Shown: positions 28,162 through 38,500, counted from the first letter of the stretch. The stretch: 64,000 nucleotides of DNA from Candidatus Aminicenantes bacterium (GCA_011772425.1 WVZO01000485.1:40514-104513); one strand, 5' to 3'. Translations and numbers: made by a program. Notes: generated by a model from the letters alone, not told the origin.

Positions 28162-31100
28162 ATGAATACAAAAGGAGATAGAAAACAAACTGGTTTAGAA
28201 ATCGCTGTTATTGGTATGGCAGGGAGATTCCCGGGTGCAACAAACCTTGAGGAATTCTGGAATAATCTAAAAGATGGTATAGAGTCCATTGCGTTTTTTG
28301 GAGATGAAGAGTTGAAAGAAGCCGGGGTAGGAAGTAGTTTTTTAAAGGACCCCAATTATGTCAAAGCGAATGGTGAGCTTCAAGATAAGGATCATTTCGA
28401 TAATTCTTTTTTTGGTTATTCTCCCAAGGAGGCAGAAATCATGGACCCTCAAATCCGGGTTTTTCATGAATGTGCCTGGGAAGTACTGGAAGAAGCCGGT
28501 TATGTTCCGGATTCATATAATGGTTTGATTGGAATATATGCGGGGGGGTCCGATAATTTTTCATGGCGGGCGTTGGAAGCACTAAAGGGGCTGGGCACCG
28601 ATCTGGGAACGTTTGGAAGAAGCATATTGAATATTGGCTTCTATTTAAGTACAAGGGTGTCCCATAAACTGAATTTGAAAGGGCCGAGCTTAACTTTTTT
28701 CAATGCTTGTTCAACATCATTGGTGGCCATTCATCTGGCGTGCCGGGCTTTGTTAATGGGTGAGTGCGATATGGCGTTGGCAGGAGGAGTATCGATAACA
28801 AATCATACAAAGAGGGGTTATACTTATGAAGAGGGAATGATTATGTCACCGGACGGTCATTGCAGGACCTTTGATACGAATGCCTGCGGTTCGGTATATG
28901 GGGAGGGTGTGGGTATAGTTGCCTTGAAACGATTTAAAGAGGCAATAAAGGATGGTGATACGATTCATGCTGTTATAAAGGGCTCAGCAGTTAACAATGA
29001 CGGGATAAATAAAGCCAGTTTTACAGCCCCGGGACCAGGTATCGCATCCATTGTCAAAAAAGCGCTGAAAGTAGCTCATGTTAACACGGAAGATATTAGT
29101 TATGTGGAGGCTCATGGCACAGCAACCCATATCGGGGATACACTTGAGGTAAAAGCATTAAAACAAGCATTTAACTCCGATGTGAAAGGTTACTGCAGAA
29201 TAGGTTCTGTTAAGACAAATATTGGTCACCTGGATACAGCTGCTGGTGTTGCAGCTTTTATTAAAACAATATTGGCATTAGAACATAAAGCAATTCCTCC
29301 AAGTTTACATTTTAAAAAACCAAACCCGGATATTGATTTTGAAAATAGTCCATTTGTGGTTAATACCGAATTATCGGAGTGGAGGAATGGCAATGGCAAA
29401 GGCCCCTTAATAGCAGGAGTGAATGGCTTTGGAATTGGAGGAACCAATGTGTTTGTTGTCCTTGAAGAAGCACCTGAAATTGAAAGTTCCCCGGAAGAGG
29501 AAAAGGAATGCAGTGAGTGGAAAATAATCTTGCTTTCAGCAAGAAGTGAGCCAGCCCTTAATAAAACCACTGAGAATTTCAAGGAGTACCTGGAAAGTAA
29601 CCCGAATGTTAATTTTGCGGATGTCGTTTATACTTTACAGGTGGGAAGGAAAGCATTTCAATATCGAAGGATGTTGGTATGTTCGAGTATAAAGGAGGCC
29701 ATTGAGGTTTTATCCACTCCGGCTTCCAGGAAGATTAAGACATTTTTATCCAGGGTTGAAAACCGGGAGATAATATTTATGTTTTCAGGATTAGGTTCTC
29801 AATATGTAAATATGGGATTAGAGCTTTACCAAAAAGAAAGGATATTTCGCCAGGAGTTAGATCGTTGTCTTGAGATATTAGAACCTTTGATGGGTTATGA
29901 TATAAAAGAAATTCTTTACCCGGGCCTACACACCCCTACCGCTTCGCATCCATCTGTCTCAAGAAGGGATTCAAACCCCACAGTGGCTGATATCAACCAG
30001 GCTGAAATCACCCAGCCCATCATATTCATATTTGAATATGCCCTGGCGAAGCTGCTGATGAAATGGGGAATAAAACCCCAGGCAATGATCGGGTATAGTT
30101 TTGGAGAGTATGTGGCAGCCGCTGTATCCGGTGTTTTCTCCCTGGAAGATGCGTTAAAAATGGTAGTATTAAGAGGACGGTTAATCCAGGAAGTATCCCC
30201 TGGAGCCATGTTAAGTGTGCCCCTTTCCTGTGAAGAGGTAACACCCGATTTACCGGATGAGTTGTCGCTGGCTATCGACAATGGTTCCTCTTGTGTCGTT
30301 GCTGGGCCTGATGCAGCGGTTGCTGATTTTGAACACCAGATGAAAGAGAAGAAAGTTTTATGTATGCGGCTGAAAGCATCTCGAGCGATTCATTCAAAAA
30401 TGATGGGGGCTATTTTGGCAGAGTTCCAGGAAATCTGTAGGCAAGTCACATTGAATAAACCGCAAATTCCTTACATATCAAATGTGACAGGCACCTGGAT
30501 ATCCGATGAGGAAGCTGTAAGCCCCGTGCACTGGGCAAAACATTTGAGAGAAACCGTACGATTTGCAGATGGAATAAAGGAACTCACCAGAAAAACCGGT
30601 GCAATATTCGTGGAAATCGGCCCGGGCCGTGACTTAAGTGCCCTGTTGATGCGATATATCGATAACAACTCGGATCAACATGCATTAAGCTTAGTAAGGC
30701 AGCCGGAGCAGGATATATCGGATGTTTATTTTCTTATGAGTAAACTTGGACAGTTATGGTTGTATGGGAGAGAGATTGATTGGAGGGAATTTTATGGGGA
30801 AGAGAAGAGGCACCGCATTCCTCTTCCCACTTATCCTTTTCAACGCCAACAATTTTGCATCGAAGGAGACCCCTTCCAAATGGCCCAACAGATGCTCTCC
30901 GAAGGCTCTCCCAATGCGCAAAAATTGGAGGTCTCAGACTGGTTCTATGTCCCATCGTGGAAACGAACCCCCGCCATTTCTCAGAGGGAAAGCGAAAATT
31001 CGGATCAAACCATGCCAGCCGATTGCCTGGTATTTATGGATGAAGATAATTGGGGGAAGACCCTGGTAAAACAATTGGAAAACAAGCACCAGGATGTGAC

Positions 31101-34100
31101 TATTATTCGAGCTGCCCAAATGTTTCGTAAAATAAATAATCGTGAATATACCATCAATCCCGCGGATGATAACCAGTATGAAAAACTATTTAGCAATATC
31201 AGGGAGGAAAAAGGAGTTTTCCCGGGAAAAATGATTCATTTATGGAATGTTACCACAAAAAAAACTGATGATTTAAATTTAGAGTCAATTGACTCGTTGT
31301 TGGATTTGGGATATTACTGTTTATTGAACATTGCCCGGGCAATAGGCAAACTGAATATCGAGGATGATATTGACATTACAGTGGTAACCAACAACATGCA
31401 AGAAGTGGTTGGCCAAGATCAACGATGTCCTGAAAAGGCAACATTGCTGGGACCGGTGAAAACTATTCCCAAAGAATACGGTAATATATCTTTACGCAGC
31501 ATAGATATCCGTCTTCCCCAAACGGGCAGGGAAGAGGAAGAAAAATTAATAGAGTGTCTAATCAAAGAATTTTTTAGCAAAGACCATGAACCGGTGATAG
31601 CATTTCGCAATCATTTTCGCTGGATACAAACCTATGAACCCGTACGGCTGGAAAAGTCGGAAAGTGAGACATGGCGTTTAAAAGACGGAGGGATTTACCT
31701 GGTCACCGGGGGGCTGGGAGGTATCGGTTATGTATTGGCCCAACAAATAGTAAGGAGTGTTAGAAATCCAAAACTCATATTGACTGGCCGGACAAAACTT
31801 CCCGAACCAGGGAAATGGGATCAATGGCTAGAGGACCACGACGAAGAAGATAGTATCAGTGCGAAAATAACCAAAGTAAGGGGTCTTGAAGGAATGGGCG
31901 CCAAGGTTTTAGTCGTCAGTGGGGAAAATTCCAATCTAGAACAAATGCAGCAGGTTATTTCCCGGGCAGAAGAACAGTTTGGGCCGATTAATGGGGTTGT
32001 ACACTCGGCCGGACTCCCGGATGGCGCCATGATCCAGGTCAGGACCCGGGAGCAGTCTGAGATAGTGTTTTCTTCTAAACTAAAAGGCACATTAATTTTG
32101 GCTATGCTTCTAAAGCATGTTAAACTTGATTTTTTCGTCCTTTGTTCTTCAATCGATTCAATAATGTCCAATGCAGGTCATGTGGGTTATTGTTCAGCCA
32201 ACTCCTTTCTTAATGCGTTTGCCACTTACAAGTTTAATAAAGATAAAGTATTTACCACTGCTATTAGCTGGCCTCGGTGGCAGAGTCTGGGCATGGCAGT
32301 TATCCAGGAGAACCTGCATAAGGAGTTGAAAGGTTATGATTTATCAGGAGGCTTAGAGATTGAAGATGGCATAGATGCCTTTAGTCGCATCCTGGGCGAA
32401 AATCTACCTCAAGTGGCGGTAACCAGTAATGATCTGGGCCGCGCCTATGAACGCGATAAAACCGTTGGAACGGAAGCCTTTATGGCAGAATTCGATGCCG
32501 CTGACGATGCCCCTGAAAATTTATTCCAACGCCCGGATTTGACGTCCGAGTATGTGGCCCCCCAAAATGAAACCCAACAATCACTGGCACGAATCTGGCA
32601 GACGTTATTTGGCATTGAAAAAATCGGTATCCAGGATGACTTCTTCGAATTGGGAGGCGATTCTTTAAAAGTTGTCATTACCATATCTAAAATTCACAAA
32701 GAATTAGATGTAGAGATACCCGTATCGGAATTTTTTAACACACCCAACATCCAGGACCTGGCTAAATATATGACCGGTGATATTAGTAAGGATAAAGAGA
32801 GTACGTATTTATCAATAGAGCCGGGAGAGAAAAAAGAATTCTACCCCCTGTCATCGGCTCAAAAAAGATTTTATATCATCCAACAATTGGATGTGCATAG
32901 TATCGTTTTCAATAATCCAAGAGTTGTAGTATTACAGGGTGAATTGCTGAAAGATAAGCTGGAAGGAGCAATTAAGCAATTGATCCAATGTCATGAAATA
33001 TTAAGGTCTTCCTTTGAAATTTTTGACAAGGAGCCTGTCCAAAGGATCAATGAAACCTTTGATTTTGCTATTGAATATCATGAACTTCCAGAGGAGGAAA
33101 CCCGGCAATTGATAGAAACATTTGTAAAACCCTTTGACCTGGCAAAGGTCCCGTTATTCAGGGTATGTCTTGTTAAAGTCGGGGGGGGAGAGCAAATCTT
33201 GATGTTTGACATGCACCATATTATTACCGATTTATATTCTCGCACCATATTTATTAGAGAATGTCTGCAGGTATATAATGGACTGGAACAGCCCTTGTTA
33301 CGCCTACAGTATAAAGATTTTTGCCAATGGCAGCACGATATGTTAGTATCCGGTCGGTTAAAAAAACAAGAAGAGTACTGGGTGGAACATTTTTCCGGGG
33401 AACTCCCGGTACTGGAACTATCCACCGATTACCCGAGACCGGAAGTCCATTCTTTTGAGGGTACAGCCCTGGTGTTCTCTTTGCAAGGTGAGGTCATGCG
33501 GAAACTGAATACTTTGATGAAGAAAACCGGGACAACGTTATTCATGATGATCCTGGCCTTGTATAATATATTATTAAGTAAGTACAGCGGACAATCAGAT
33601 ATAATCATCGGAGCACCAGTAGCCGGCAGAAGCCATGCAAACCTGGAAAATATGATGGGCCTGTTAATCGAAACAATTGTCATAAGAAATTACCCGGACC
33701 CTGATCAAACATTCGTGAAATTCTTGGAGGAAGTAAAAAACAATTCCTTAGAGGCCTTTGACAACCAGTCATATCCCTTTGGGGAGTTGTTGAAACATTT
33801 GGGCCCTCAACACGATCAGAGTCGGAATCCCCTGTTTGATGCCATGTTAATGGTGCAAAATGTGGAACAACTACCCGAGGAAGCCAAAAAAGAAGAATTA
33901 AGCATTGCTCCCTATAAGTATGAACCTCACGATATGTCAAAAGTTGATATCACATTTGAGGTAGAACCCGTAGACGGAGGGAATGGACTGCTTTTTAAAG
34001 TGGAATATTGTACCAGGTTATTTAAAGAAGAAACCATGGAGAGATTTACACATTTCTTTATTGAGATCGTATCTACTGTGGTGGATAACCCGACGATTAA

Positions 34101-34185
34101 ATTGAAAGATATTAAGATGTCTCATGTCGTTAGCGCTGCTGAGGCAGATGTTTTTGAAGATGATGGGACCGATTTCGGTTTTTAG
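28162..34185 (+). CDS. g6 hybrid PKS/NRPS, KS / AT / KR / carrier / C / tail
   Basis: 2007-aa ORF. KS Cys codon at 28708-28710, HGTATHIGD, NIGHLDTAAG. AT GYSFGE at 30091-30108 and ASRAIHS. KR GGIYLVTGGLGGIG and ..GHVGYCSANSF. PCP-like carrier GGDS at 32653-32664. C domain YPLSSAQKRFY.. with HHIITDL at 33214-33234. Ends ..FEDDGTDFGF. Confidence 0.95.
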   Translation: MNTKGDRKQTGLEIAVIGMAGRFPGATNLEEFWNNLKDGIESIAFFGDEELKEAGVGSSFLKDPNYVKANGELQDKDHFDNSFFGYSPKEAEIMDPQIRVFHECAWEVLEEAGYVPDSYNGLIGIYAGGSDNFSWRALEALKGLGTDLGTFGRSILNIGFYLSTRVSHKLNLKGPSLTFFNACSTSLVAIHLACRALLMGECDMALAGGVSITNHTKRGYTYEEGMIMSPDGHCRTFDTNACGSVYGEGVGIVALKRFKEAIKDGDTIHAVIKGSAVNNDGINKASFTAPGPGIASIVKKALKVAHVNTEDISYVEAHGTATHIGDTLEVKALKQAFNSDVKGYCRIGSVKTNIGHLDTAAGVAAFIKTILALEHKAIPPSLHFKKPNPDIDFENSPFVVNTELSEWRNGNGKGPLIAGVNGFGIGGTNVFVVLEEAPEIESSPEEEKECSEWKIILLSARSEPALNKTTENFKEYLESNPNVNFADVVYTLQVGRKAFQYRRMLVCSSIKEAIEVLSTPASRKIKTFLSRVENREIIFMFSGLGSQYVNMGLELYQKERIFRQELDRCLEILEPLMGYDIKEILYPGLHTPTASHPSVSRRDSNPTVADINQAEITQPIIFIFEYALAKLLMKWGIKPQAMIGYSFGEYVAAAVSGVFSLEDALKMVVLRGRLIQEVSPGAMLSVPLSCEEVTPDLPDELSLAIDNGSSCVVAGPDAAVADFEHQMKEKKVLCMRLKASRAIHSKMMGAILAEFQEICRQVTLNKPQIPYISNVTGTWISDEEAVSPVHWAKHLRETVRFADGIKELTRKTGAIFVEIGPGRDLSALLMRYIDNNSDQHALSLVRQPEQDISDVYFLMSKLGQLWLYGREIDWREFYGEEKRHRIPLPTYPFQRQQFCIEGDPFQMAQQMLSEGSPNAQKLEVSDWFYVPSWKRTPAISQRESENSDQTMPADCLVFMDEDNWGKTLVKQLENKHQDVTIIRAAQMFRKINNREYTINPADDNQYEKLFSNIREEKGVFPGKMIHLWNVTTKKTDDLNLESIDSLLDLGYYCLLNIARAIGKLNIEDDIDITVVTNNMQEVVGQDQRCPEKATLLGPVKTIPKEYGNISLRSIDIRLPQTGREEEEKLIECLIKEFFSKDHEPVIAFRNHFRWIQTYEPVRLEKSESETWRLKDGGIYLVTGGLGGIGYVLAQQIVRSVRNPKLILTGRTKLPEPGKWDQWLEDHDEEDSISAKITKVRGLEGMGAKVLVVSGENSNLEQMQQVISRAEEQFGPINGVVHSAGLPDGAMIQVRTREQSEIVFSSKLKGTLILAMLLKHVKLDFFVLCSSIDSIMSNAGHVGYCSANSFLNAFATYKFNKDKVFTTAISWPRWQSLGMAVIQENLHKELKGYDLSGGLEIEDGIDAFSRILGENLPQVAVTSNDLGRAYERDKTVGTEAFMAEFDAADDAPENLFQRPDLTSEYVAPQNETQQSLARIWQTLFGIEKIGIQDDFFELGGDSLKVVITISKIHKELDVEIPVSEFFNTPNIQDLAKYMTGDISKDKESTYLSIEPGEKKEFYPLSSAQKRFYIIQQLDVHSIVFNNPRVVVLQGELLKDKLEGAIKQLIQCHEILRSSFEIFDKEPVQRINETFDFAIEYHELPEEETRQLIETFVKPFDLAKVPLFRVCLVKVGGGEQILMFDMHHIITDLYSRTIFIRECLQVYNGLEQPLLRLQYKDFCQWQHDMLVSGRLKKQEEYWVEHFSGELPVLELSTDYPRPEVHSFEGTALVFSLQGEVMRKLNTLMKKTGTTLFMMILALYNILLSKYSGQSDIIIGAPVAGRSHANLENMMGLLIETIVIRNYPDPDQTFVKFLEEVKNNSLEAFDNQSYPFGELLKHLGPQHDQSRNPLFDAMLMVQNVEQLPEEAKKEELSIAPYKYEPHDMSKVDITFEVEPVDGGNGLLFKVEYCTRLFKEETMERFTHFFIEIVSTVVDNPTIKLKDIKMSHVVSAAEADVFEDDGTDFGF
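34153..34182 (+). other. C-terminal tail of g6: FEDDGTDFGF
   Basis: Last 10 codons before the stop. Confidence 0.7.
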
Positions 34186-34228
34186 AAAGAATATTAATAA
34201 AGTGGATATATTATTATAGAGGTAAGAG

Positions 34229-35560
34229 ATGAACATAGAAGGAAAATTAAAAAACGACTTTGGGCCGTCGGAGAAGAAAGATTATTATGAGTTATCTTCG
34301 GCCCAGAAGAGATTTTACATTTTACATCAAATGGAGCCGCAGTGTACTAAATATAATATATCGACCCTGTCTGTACTGGAAGGCGAACTGGACCTGGAAT
34401 TATTGGAAAACATATTCCAGAGACTAATAAACAGGCACGAAAGTTTAAGAACCTCATTTATCCTGGTAGAAGGTAAACCGGTCCAGAAAATTTATAAACA
34501 TGTGGAATTTAAGATCGAGTATGATGAAGCAGATAGACCTGAAGAAGCAATATTAAAAGATTTTGTACGACCTTTTGATTTATCCCGTCCCCCCTTACTG
34601 AGGGTGAGATTGAGCAAGATAAATGAAAAGAAACACCTTCTTATATTCGATATGCATCAAATCACAGCAGATGCAGCATCTCAAGTACTACTGAAGAAAG
34701 AATTGATGGCATTATATGCCGGCAAGGAACTTGAGTCTTCAAGCATTCAATACAAAGATTATGCGGAATGGCAGAAACATATAAAACAAGAAGATTGGCT
34801 AAAAAGCCAGGAAGAGTATTGGTTAAACATGATTGCTGGAAAAATCTCCGTACTGAATCTTCCTACCGATTATTTGAGACCTGCAATTCAGAGTTTTGAA
34901 GGTGATTCATCAGGTTTTGAAATAAGCAGCGAAGAGACGACCGCCTTAAAAACACTGGCACTGGAACAAGAGACCACATTGTATGTGGTTTTCCTGGCAA
35001 TTTTTAATGTTTTCTTGAGCATTGTAAGCAACCAGGAAACGATCAGAGTCGGAACACCGGTGTCTGGTCGAATTGATAAGGATATAGAAAATGTCCTCGG
35101 GGTGCTTGAGAATAAACTCGTATTAGTTAATGATCCGGTTGGTGAAAAAACCTTTATAGAGTTTTTGGGAGAGGTAAAAAAGAAAACCTTAGAGGTATTT
35201 ACAAACCAGGATTATCCATATGAAGACCTGGTGGATAAAGTTGCAGCCGACACCGATATGAGCCGTAATCCTCTATTCGATATTATGTACGAATTTATGG
35301 AGTCTGATTATGAGATTCCGGAAATGGAGATATCATCGTTGAAGTTAAGACGTTATAAATATGGGAACGAGATAGGGACCACTGGTTTAGATTTGACTTT
35401 ACGAGGATTTGAGGAAGGAGATCGTCTGTTTTTTACTTTTGAATTCTGCACGAAGGTTTATAAAGAAGAAACGATCAAACGATTTATCGCTTATTTTAAA
35501 AGAATTGTATCGTCCATAATCACAGAGCCATTGCAAAAAATTGGGGCGATTGAGATTCTA
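34229..35560 (+). other. C*: full-length C-like domain at the N-terminus of g7 whose catalytic motif reads HQITAD instead of HHxxxDG
   Basis: YYELSSAQKRFYILHQ...LLIFDMHQITADAAS. The second His is replaced by CAA (Gln) at 34658-34660, and the Gly after Asp is replaced by Ala. Confidence 0.8.
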
Positions 35561-38500
35561 TCGGAAGCGGAAAAAAATCAATTATTATGTGGTTTTAATG
35601 ATACAAGTTCGCATTATCCCAGGGATAAGACCATCCATGAATTGTTTGAGGAGCAGGCAGATAGAGCCCCGGATAAAGTGGCTGTTGTGATGAATAATGA
35701 GTTCATTAAATACAGAGAATTGAATATGAGAGCCAACCGGGTGGCGAGAATGTTAAGAAAAAAGGGGGTTGGAGCCAACAGTATAGTAGCAATGATGCTG
35801 GAACCTTCAATTAATACTATCATCGGAATATTTGGGGTATTAAAAGCGGGTGGAGCATATTTGCCTATAGACCCGGATTATCCTAAGGATCGGATCACGT
35901 TCCTGCTGAATGACTCCACGGCCAAAATTTTATTGACTGACACAAAGAGCATTAAAAAATACCCTTTTACAGTTTTACAAGGCTTGAATATAACAAATGA
36001 CTCAATACAGGTAAAGGTTACAGGCACTCGTTCGCAGATTAAAGATTTAGATCATTTACCCATACCCAATCGATCCCTGGTGGATTATGAAAAGTACAAC
36101 CAATATATTGGTCAGGCAATGGTAAAGCATTGCATATCCGTGCAATCTACACGAGGATGTCCTTATAAATGTGCATATTGCCATAAAATCTGGCCTAAAA
36201 CCCATGTGTGGCGTTCCGCTGAAAGTATCTTTGCAGAAATAAAGCTTTATTATGATATGGGAGTCAGAAGATTTGCGTTTATCGATGATATCTTCAATTT
36301 GAATATTAAAAACAGTTCACGCGTATTAAATTTGATTATTGAAAATGGGTTGGATATACAGATTTTTTTCCCAAATGGTGTGCGTGGAGATATTTTAACT
36401 AAAGAATACATAGACCTATTGGTCCAGGCTGGAACGGTTGATCTTGCTTTTGCTTTGGAAACAGCGTCACCTCGGTTGCAGAAGCTAATTAGAAAGAATT
36501 TGAACCTTGAGAAGTTTAGAGAAAATCTTGAGTATGTATGCCAAAAATATCCTCATGTGATAGTTGAGCTTTTTACCATGCATGGCTATCCCTCGGAAAC
36601 AAAAGAAGAGGCCAGGATGACTTTGGATTTTATCAAGAGCATAAAATGGCTCCATTTTCCGTATGTTTTTGTTTTGATGATTTACCCCAACACGGATATG
36701 GAGAAATTGGCTTTGGAAAATGGGGTTTCAAGAGAAGCGATTCTTGCGTCCCAGGACAAACCTTTTCATGAATTACCCGAAACCTTACCTTTTGATAAAA
36801 GTTTTACATTAAAGTACCAGACTGAATTTACCAGCGAATACTTTTTATCCAAGGAAAGGCTGGTGCAGGTACTGCCGTATCAACTCAAGATTTTGACAGA
36901 AAGTGAAGTGATTCAAAAGTACAATAGCTATCTCCCGATTGATATTAATTGTTTGGATGATTTATTGGAATTTGCAGGGATTACATACGAGGAGTTGGGC
37001 GTCAAAGGATTACTGAATGAAGATTATATGGAGGTTCCTGATTTAAATAATAAGATGAGAAATGCCTTTGCATCTTCGTCAGTCAGGCCTTCCAAAGGTG
37101 CCCTGCGAGTTTTGCTCCTGGATTTATCCCAGCATTTTAGTAGAGGCAGCGATCAACTCTTTGACCTTATCGAGCCTCCTCTGGGGCTTATGTACCTTAT
37201 GACCTATTTAAACCACCGGTTCGGCAGCAATATTAAGGGAAGAATCGCAAAATCCATGATTGATTTTAACAGCTATGGAGAGCTGAAGTTGTTGTTGGAT
37301 GAATTTAAGCCAGAAATAATCGGAATACGAACATTGACGCTATTTAAAGATTTTTTTCATGAAACTGTCTCAAGGATTCGACAGTTTGGTGTGGATGCTC
37401 CCATCATTGCTGGAGGACCTTACGCTACAAGTACTTATCAGATCCTATTAATGGATCGGAATATTGATCTGGTAGTTCTGGGAGAAGGGGAAATAACTTT
37501 TAGCGAGATAATCGGGAAAATGATCGAGAACGATGGAAAATTCCTTCATGAGCATACCTTAAATAAAATCAGAGGGATTGCATTTATCCCAAAGAGTGAA
37601 GAACTCTCCAATGGCTTGGGCCGAGAGATAATTTTTATGGATGATCTCCCAAAAGAGACGTTAAATGAAGATGGTGAGAATTTACACCATGTCAATCAAC
37701 CCCAGGATTTAGCTTATGTGATTTATACTTCCGGTACCACTGGAAAACCAAAAGGTACACTTACTACTCATTCCAACGTCATCCGGGTTGTCAGGAACTC
37801 AAATTATATTGATTTGACCGAGAATGATAGGATATTACAGTTGTCCAGTTATACATTTGATGGGTCTGTATTCGATATTTATGGAGCACTCTTGAATGGG
37901 GCTTTGTTGCTAATGGTGAAAAAAGAGGATGTGTTATCGCCGGAAGTATTGGCTCAGTTGATTAAAAAGGAGGAGATAACCGTCTTTTTCGTAACAACGG
38001 CATTATTTAATGCTCTGGTTGATATAAATGTCACTTGTTTCGATCCTGTTAGGAAAGTTCTATTTGGGGGGGAACGGGTTTCTGTAAAACATACTGGGAG
38101 AGCTCTGGAATATTTGGGAAAGGACCGGATTATTCACGTTTACGGTCCCACCGAAACAACCGTTTATGCCACCTATTTTTTTGTTAATGAGATAGATAGA
38201 AACCTGGATACTATACCCATTGGTAAGCCAATTTCAAATACTACCGTATTCATACTGGACAATCGTTTTAAACCCGTGCCAATAGGTGTAAAAGGTGAGA
38301 TTTATATAGGAGGAGACGGTGTTGCCAGAGGATATCTAAATAGCCCGGAATTAACCTGGGAAAAATTTATTCCAAATCCTTTTACTGTAGAAGATCGGTT
38401 ATATAGAACTGGAGACCTGGCCCGATGGCTGCTGGATGGAAACATCGAGTTTTTTGGAAGAATCGATCACCAGGTGAAGATAAGGGGATATCGGGTGGAA

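Noticed and set aside
30746-31069. Plus-strand alternate-frame ORFs (30746-31069, 30780-31043, 6822-7157, 22327-22566, 44870-45064, 49670-49945, 51689-51916, 56765-56959 and 58238-58438)
   Set aside because: They overlap the main frames of g2, g4, g6, g9 and g10, whose translations carry continuous conserved domain motifs. The alternate frames show no recognisable motifs.
35950-37700. The A2-A3 insert as a conventional class I SAM methyltransferase (the usual guest of interrupted A domains)
   Set aside because: There is no GxGxG SAM-binding motif of the class I type. Instead the insert has a CxxxCxxC motif in an ..TRGCP..C.YC.. context plus a Rossmann domain with GGPY/GEGE motifs, as in B12-type radical SAM enzymes.
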